In this document: piece by piece, positions 59,416 through 64,000 of the stretch
How positions within the stretch are numbered: position 1 is the first letter of the stretch
Layout: the number at the start of each line of letters is the position of its first letter
Source: an uncultured delta proteobacterium
Lineage (GTDB): Bacteria; Myxococcota_A; Polyangia; Polyangiales; B10-G4
NCBI GenBank assembly: GCA_963727445.1
Contig: CAVSGI010000006.1
Coordinates: 1 to 64,000, forward strand
Length of the DNA stretch: 64,000 nucleotides
Direction: 5' to 3'
Translations under genes and position numbers: made by a program
Notes under the pieces: generated by a model
What the model was told of the DNA's origin: nothing
What the model saw: the letters and a program-made list of their open reading frames with translations, nothing else
Databases searched by the model: none

Positions 59416-60457
59416 TCAGGCGGCCTCGCGATCGGCGCTCGCGGCCTGGGCCGAGAGGCCGAGCTCGGCGCGGCGCTCCAGGATCTCCTTGCGCGCAGCA
59501 GGCTTGAGCGTGAGCCACATGAAGTCGACCACGTCGAGGAGGTCGGTGGGCTCGACGCCTTCGCTCACGAGGCGCTCGCGCATCTTGGTGCCCATCGCAA
59601 GGAGTCTTTCGTAGAGGATGCCCATCGGGCGGTCCGAGAGGCTGAGCCCCGGCGCCATCCATTCGGCTTGAAGCGTCACCGCCTTGGGTCGCACCACCAG
59701 ATGCTTCTTCGGACGCACCACGCCGGGCAGGACCGTGGCGAGGCTCCAGCTCGGCGTGTGTCCCATCGCGCTCTCGAGCGCGCCCACCCACGCTTCGAAG
59801 CGCGGGATGAGCTTGCCGGTGCCGTGCAGGAGGTCGAAGAGCGCAGTGGCGACCAGGGCGTGATGCTTGCGGGGCACGCGGCCGAAGCGCTTTCGGTCCT
59901 CGGGGCTGACGAGAATCGGTGGAGTTGATCAGGCGCTTCGCGGTGTCGAAGACGGCGCGATGGTCCTCGTCGGCCATCATCTTCTTCATCTTGCGCTTGG
60001 AGAGCTCCTTCGCCGTCTCGACCAGCGGATCCCGGTGGCGGCGCAAGGGGCGCGTGCGCCCGTCTCCGCGGTGGGTCAGGACGTACTCCTCGTCGGCGAA
60101 TCCCTCGGGATGAGACTCGAGGAAGAAGGCGACCTGCTCTTCGGGGGAGACGGGCTTGACGCGTCGCCTGGCCGAGCGCGTGTCCTCCTCGGGGGCCATG
60201 CTCTCGAGGGCGCGCACGACGCGCAGCGTGGTGTCGAGGGGTTTGTCCACCGCTTCTATCAGGTGGTAGTAACCGTTCTTGAAAGAGCGAGTCCGACCGT
60301 CTTGGAAGAGCATCTTCACGCGGTCCGACTGCCGGCGCAGAACGATGGCCAGCCCCCAACGTTCGCGCTTGGAGTGGCAGAAGAGCGTGCGCACCGCGGA
60401 GCGGTCGTCGTGGACGTCGAGGTCGACGGAAGCGAAGTCGGAACCGAATTTGGACAC
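59416..60457 (-). CDS. Uncharacterised protein, paralog B (frameshift near 59910)
   Basis: GTG after AAGGAGA; same motifs as 57566-58567 across two frames. Confidence 0.75.
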
Positions 60458-60680
60458 GAGGTCTCCTTGTCGTTCGGGTGACGAAATGGGCGAAGCCCCC
60501 GGCGCTCGTCGGCACCGAATGGGCGGTTTTTCTGGGCCGGACGAGGGTTCGCCCGTATTTCCGCGCCGCCTCGCCATCCCATCGCGTGCCAGTGGCACGT
60601 CACGACGGACGATTGGAGTGCGACGAGGCGGAGTGTAGCACCAAACGAACGTAAGTAAAGGGGAAATCAAACGCAGTAGC

Positions 60681-60809
60681 TCACCACAAGCGATGATCGC
60701 GGGCGTCTCGGAGCAGTGTCGTCACGAGGAACACCAGCCCGAGGGACACCGCGACGATGGCGCCCCAGATGGCGAGCTCGAAGAGCCCCTTCGGGATCAT
60801 CATCGTCAT
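60681..60809 (-). CDS. 42-aa single-TM protein
   Basis: MTMMIPKGLFELAIWGAIVAVSLGLVFLVTTLLRDARDHRLW; ATGA overlap with the SSS stop. Confidence 0.65.
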   Translation of the reverse strand: MTMMIPKGLFELAIWGAIVAVSLGLVFLVTTLLRDARDHRLW

Positions 60810-62231
60810 CGCCGCACCTCGGCGTCGAGGAGCGCGAAGTCGAAGCGCGCCGGGGCGGCCCACGTGCCGAAGAGGGTGATGAGCATCGACGCCGCCGCGC
60901 TCACCAGCGCGGCGGTGAAGAAGCCGATGGTGAAATACGCGGTGAGTCCGGCGGCCGAGCCCACGATCATCGCCGCGGTCGCGGCGCGCGCGTTGGTCGC
61001 ACGAAAATACAGACCGGCGGCGATGGGCCAGATGGTGGAGGCGACGAAGGCGCCGGTGAGGTTCAACACCTCGCCGAGGGTGGCGAGGCGTTGCCAGCAC
61101 AGCGCGATGGTGACGATGCCGAGGGCGAAGATCAGCCAGAGGCTGGCCGAGCGGAGCTCCGAGTCCCGCGCGCCCGGCCGGAGGAGACGTCGATACACGT
61201 CTTCGACGAAGAGGTCGGAGGTGGCGGCGAGGAGCGAGTCGAGGGAGGAGGCGAGCGACGAGATGACGACGATCAGGAGCAGCACCGCGCCGGTGCTGCC
61301 GAGGAGCTCACCGATGACCAGCGGCCCGACCATGTCGAGGGAGGGCACGTCGACGCCGAGCAGAGGCGCCACCAGCGCGACCGAGCCCGCGAGGACCGGC
61401 ACCGGCAGCCAGAGCACGCCGCCCCAGAAGAACGCCCGGCCTCCCACGTCTTCGCGAAAGGCGTGGGCGCGTGACCACCACACGTTCGAGTGAAAGATCT
61501 CCCCGAGCCCGAAGAGGAGGTGGTTGAAGAGGAACATGATCGACGCGGGCGCGAGGAGGTCGAGCAGCGCGGGGCGATCCTCGGCGAGGCGCGCGTGGAC
61601 CTCGGAGGGGCTCGCGGTGGTGAATGCGGCGACGCCGACGATCACCAGGCCGAGGAGGATCAGCACGCTCTGGATGAAGTCGGTTCCGATCACGGCGCGG
61701 AGCCCGCCGAGCATGGTGTAGCCGGTGCAGACCACGATCACCGTCACCATGCCCACGCGATAGTCGATACCGGTGAGCGACTCCAGGAGGATGCCCCCGG
61801 CCATGCCCATGCTCACCAGCCAACCGAGCGCGTAGAAGAAGGAGATGCCGAGGAAGACGATCCAGCCCGCGCGACCGAATCGCATCCGGACGAAGTCGCC
61901 GCTGGTGTAGCCGTGCGGCATCAACTTCTTGATGCGTGTCGCCAGCGGCGCGAACAGCGATCAGCCCGACCGCCGCCAGGGAGTAGCCGAACATCCCCCA
62001 GATACCGAGCTGGTAGGCGAACTGTGGCGCGGTCATCGTGGTGTTGGTGGTCACCCAGGTCGCCATCGCGGTCGCGGTGCCGAGGGCGAATCCGACGCTG
62101 CGCCCGGCGAGGGCCCGGTCCTCGTACCCATCGGCGTCCCGTCCCCACCACCAGCCGAGCACGAGCCACAGAGCGCCGAACCCCAGCAGGATGGCGAGCC
62201 CGACCTCCTGGCTGATGATCGGCTCTTTCAT
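60806..62231 (-). CDS. Sodium:solute symporter (SSS), candidate ectoine/hydroxyectoine transporter; frameshift near 61960
   Basis: LAGRSVG...ATWVT, YTMLGGLRAVIGTDFIQ, SSLDSLL. Confidence 0.88.
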
Positions 62232-62563
62232 CACTCGTTCCTCCGGTGTCCCACCGCGATGAGCGCGACGGTCGCCCCGAAGACCACGGCGCCGGTGAAG
62301 AAGAAGAGCGCCGCGACCCCGAGACTCGGGGGCTCTACCTCGACGGTGCAGCTCGCTGCCTCCCGGGTGTCGCTGACGACCAGCTCGTAATGATGAGCGC
62401 CGGCGAGTCGTCCGGAGACGGCGAGAGAGGGATCGTCGCCGTGGTAGATGAGCGCTCCGTCCTCCAGGAGCTGGAGCTCCGCGCCGTCGTGCGCCTGCCA
62501 TTCGAGCTGATACGCGCCCGTTCGGCTCGGCTCGGAAGGGCAATGGAGGTCGAGGTCGCTCAC
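62231..62563 (-). CDS. Small protein with beta-sandwich-like domain and C-terminal TM
   Basis: YQLEW...IYHG...SG...HYEL followed by a hydrophobic segment; packed between ectD and SSS. Confidence 0.7.
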   Translation of the reverse strand: MSDLDLHCPSEPSRTGAYQLEWQAHDGAELQLLEDGALIYHGDDPSLAVSGRLAGAHHYELVVSDTREAASCTVEVEPPSLGVAALFFFTGAVVFGATVALIAVGHRRNE

Positions 62564-62567
62564 CTCG

Positions 62568-63437
62568 TCAGGTCAGTGGCTTGGAGCTGCGTGCCGCGAG
62601 GAAGTCCGGGCGCGGGTCCCGGCCACAGAAGGGTGTGGTCAGTTGGTTGTGGCACGAGTTGTAGACGTAGAAAGCGTTGGTGCGCGGCCAGGGCGTGAGG
62701 TTCGCCGTGGAGGCGTGCATCGTGTTGCAGTCGAAGAAGACCACGGTGCCCGGACCCCCGACGGCGCTGACGATGCCGCCGGCGCGCACGAGCTCGGCCA
62801 GGGACTCTTCGTCTGGCGTGCCCAGCTCCTGCTTTCTGAGCGAGGTCTTGTAGTGATCCTCGGGCGTCTGTCCCACGCATCGAACGAAGGTGCGATGGGA
62901 GCCGGGGATCAGCATCAGCGGGCCGTTGTGCGCGGTGTTCTCGGTCAGCATCACCACGCAGCTGAGCGCTTGCATGTGAGGCATGCCGTCCTCCGCGTGC
63001 CAGGTCTCGAAGTCCGAGTGCCAATGAAACGCCTGGCCCCCGAGGGCCGGCTTGTAGTTGATGCGCGACTGATGGATGTAGACCTCGTCGCCTACCACTC
63101 GCCGCACGAAGCTCAGGATGCTCGGGTGCGCAGCGAGCTCTCCGAAGGCGGGCACCAGCTCGTGCACGCGGAAGACGGAGCGCACCTGGTCGCTCTCGGG
63201 CTCGTAGATGAGCTCGGCGTCTACAGGCAGGTCCCGCTGGCAGCGGGCGGCCTCCGCGGCGAGCGTCGCCACCAGCTCCGCGGTGAGGAGATCCTCGAGG
63301 ATCACGAAGCCGTCGCGTTCGAAGCGCTCGACGCTCGCTTCTATCAGCGGGTCGTCCGAGGGCGCACCCCACAGGATGCGGTCTGCGCGTGCGATGCGCT
63401 CGGGGCGAACCGTGCGCGTGAAGTAGGGGTCGGCCAC
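62568..63437 (-). CDS. ectD: Ectoine hydroxylase
   Basis: Signature FHWHSDFETWHAEDGMP, HQSRINYK, FDCNTMH. Confidence 0.96.
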   Translation of the reverse strand: MADPYFTRTVRPERIARADRILWGAPSDDPLIEASVERFERDGFVILEDLLTAELVATLAAEAARCQRDLPVDAELIYEPESDQVRSVFRVHELVPAFGELAAHPSILSFVRRVVGDEVYIHQSRINYKPALGGQAFHWHSDFETWHAEDGMPHMQALSCVVMLTENTAHNGPLMLIPGSHRTFVRCVGQTPEDHYKTSLRKQELGTPDEESLAELVRAGGIVSAVGGPGTVVFFDCNTMHASTANLTPWPRTNAFYVYNSCHNQLTTPFCGRDPRPDFLAARSSKPLT

Positions 63438-63438
63438 T

Positions 63439-63834
63439 TCACTCCGCCTTCACCCCTGCGGGTGCGTACGCGCCGGTCTCGTCGTGTACTTCTTTGCCGG
63501 TCACTGGAGGATTGAAGACGCAGACCATGCGCATCTGCGTCTTCGCGCGCAGTATGTGCCGGTCGTGGGAGTCGAGCGCGTAGACCGTGCCGGCGCTGAT
63601 GGGCCAACGCTGGCCGGTATCGCGAGACTCGATCTCGCCTTCGCCTTCGATGCAGTAGACCGCTTCGAGGTGATGCCGGTACCACATCGGGAGCTCGGCC
63701 CCCGCTTCGATCAACGTGTCGTGGAGCGAGAACCCCATGTCGTGGCGGGCCAGGAGAAGGCGTCGGCTGTTCCAACCCTCGGAATGGACGTCGTCTTCCG
63801 TGTCCCGCACCTCTTCGAGCGTGCGGACGATCAT
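63439..63834 (-). CDS. ectC: Ectoine synthase
   Basis: [44 protein letters not shown]. Confidence 0.96.
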   Translation of the reverse strand: MIVRTLEEVRDTEDDVHSEGWNSRRLLLARHDMGFSLHDTLIEAGAELPMWYRHHLEAVYCIEGEGEIESRDTGQRWPISAGTVYALDSHDRHILRAKTQMRMVCVFNPPVTGKEVHDETGAYAPAGVKAE

Positions 63835-63838
63835 GTCC

Positions 63839-64000
63839 TCAAGCCTGTAGCTCCGTCGTGGGGGGTAGCGCATTGTGCTCACGCACGACCTCCTCGATGG
63901 ACTCCTCGACGATGTCCAGGCCGCGGGCCAGCGCCTCCTCGGTGATCGTCAGCGGCGGAAGCAGCTTGAGCACCTCGTCATCGGGGCCCGCCGTCTCGAT
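63839..64000 (-). CDS. ectB: Diaminobutyrate transaminase, C-terminal fragment
   Basis: [19 protein letters not shown]...GLDI, stop at 63839 directly upstream of ectC. Confidence 0.9.
   Translation of the reverse strand: METAGPDDEVLKLLPPLTITEEALARGLDIVEESIEEVVREHNALPPTTELQA

Noticed and set aside
1202..62231. Programmed frameshifting or mass pseudogenisation
   Set aside because: Indels are scattered across unrelated genes with no shared slippery motif and no premature in-frame stops noticed; sequencing error is more parsimonious.
1..64000. Numerous long antisense or overlapping ORFs (e.g. 10084-12357, 23996-26563, 55644-57746)
   Set aside because: Expected stop-poor shadow frames in GC-rich DNA; they have no motifs and overlap well-supported genes.
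1..64000. tRNA, rRNA, CRISPR array, integrase or prophage genes
   Set aside because: None recognisable by eye; a tRNAscan/Infernal run would be needed to exclude small RNAs formally.

Overview
High-GC bacterial chromosome window, most likely from a Myxococcota (Polyangiales/Sandaracinaceae-like) genome. That assignment is inferred from the DUF1552 protein, myxobacterial-type lipoproteins and sigma-54 motifs; the osmolyte genes suggest a saline habitat. Many genes carry single-base frameshifts that look like long-read assembly errors, so several long ORFs in the track are artefacts. The left part (1-40 kb) holds an acyl-CoA synthetase/citryl-CoA lyase pair, a TetR-EmrB-EmrA efflux unit, an L,D-transpeptidase, an AbiEii-type toxin-antitoxin pair, an esterase-extensin fusion, an M3 peptidase, fumC, a GNAT + NAD-epimerase pair resembling bacterial ceramide synthase/reductase, comEC, an iscSUA-hscBA-fdx operon headed by a 4-Cys MerR regulator instead of IscR, a TA-flanked MITE, a Zn-peptidase/ATP-grasp pair and an NtrC-type two-component system. 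The right part (40.3-64 kb) is a compatible-solute region: AblB-like acetyltransferase, deacetylase, BCCT carrier, a TeaABC-like TRAP transporter coupled to a GluR0-type K+ channel, a DoeA/EutD-like hydrolase plus threonine aldolase, a LysR-divergent operon (2OG-Fe(II) oxygenase, DddP-like M24 protein, GGT, PuuA-like ligase, DoeB/EutE), and ectB(partial)-ectC-ectD with an SSS transporter flanked by two small membrane proteins. Inside that region lies an uncharacterised four-gene unit with two paralogous proteins, each preceded by strongly self-complementary non-coding DNA. No rRNA, tRNA or CRISPR array was seen. All family assignments come from motif recognition by eye, not database searches.
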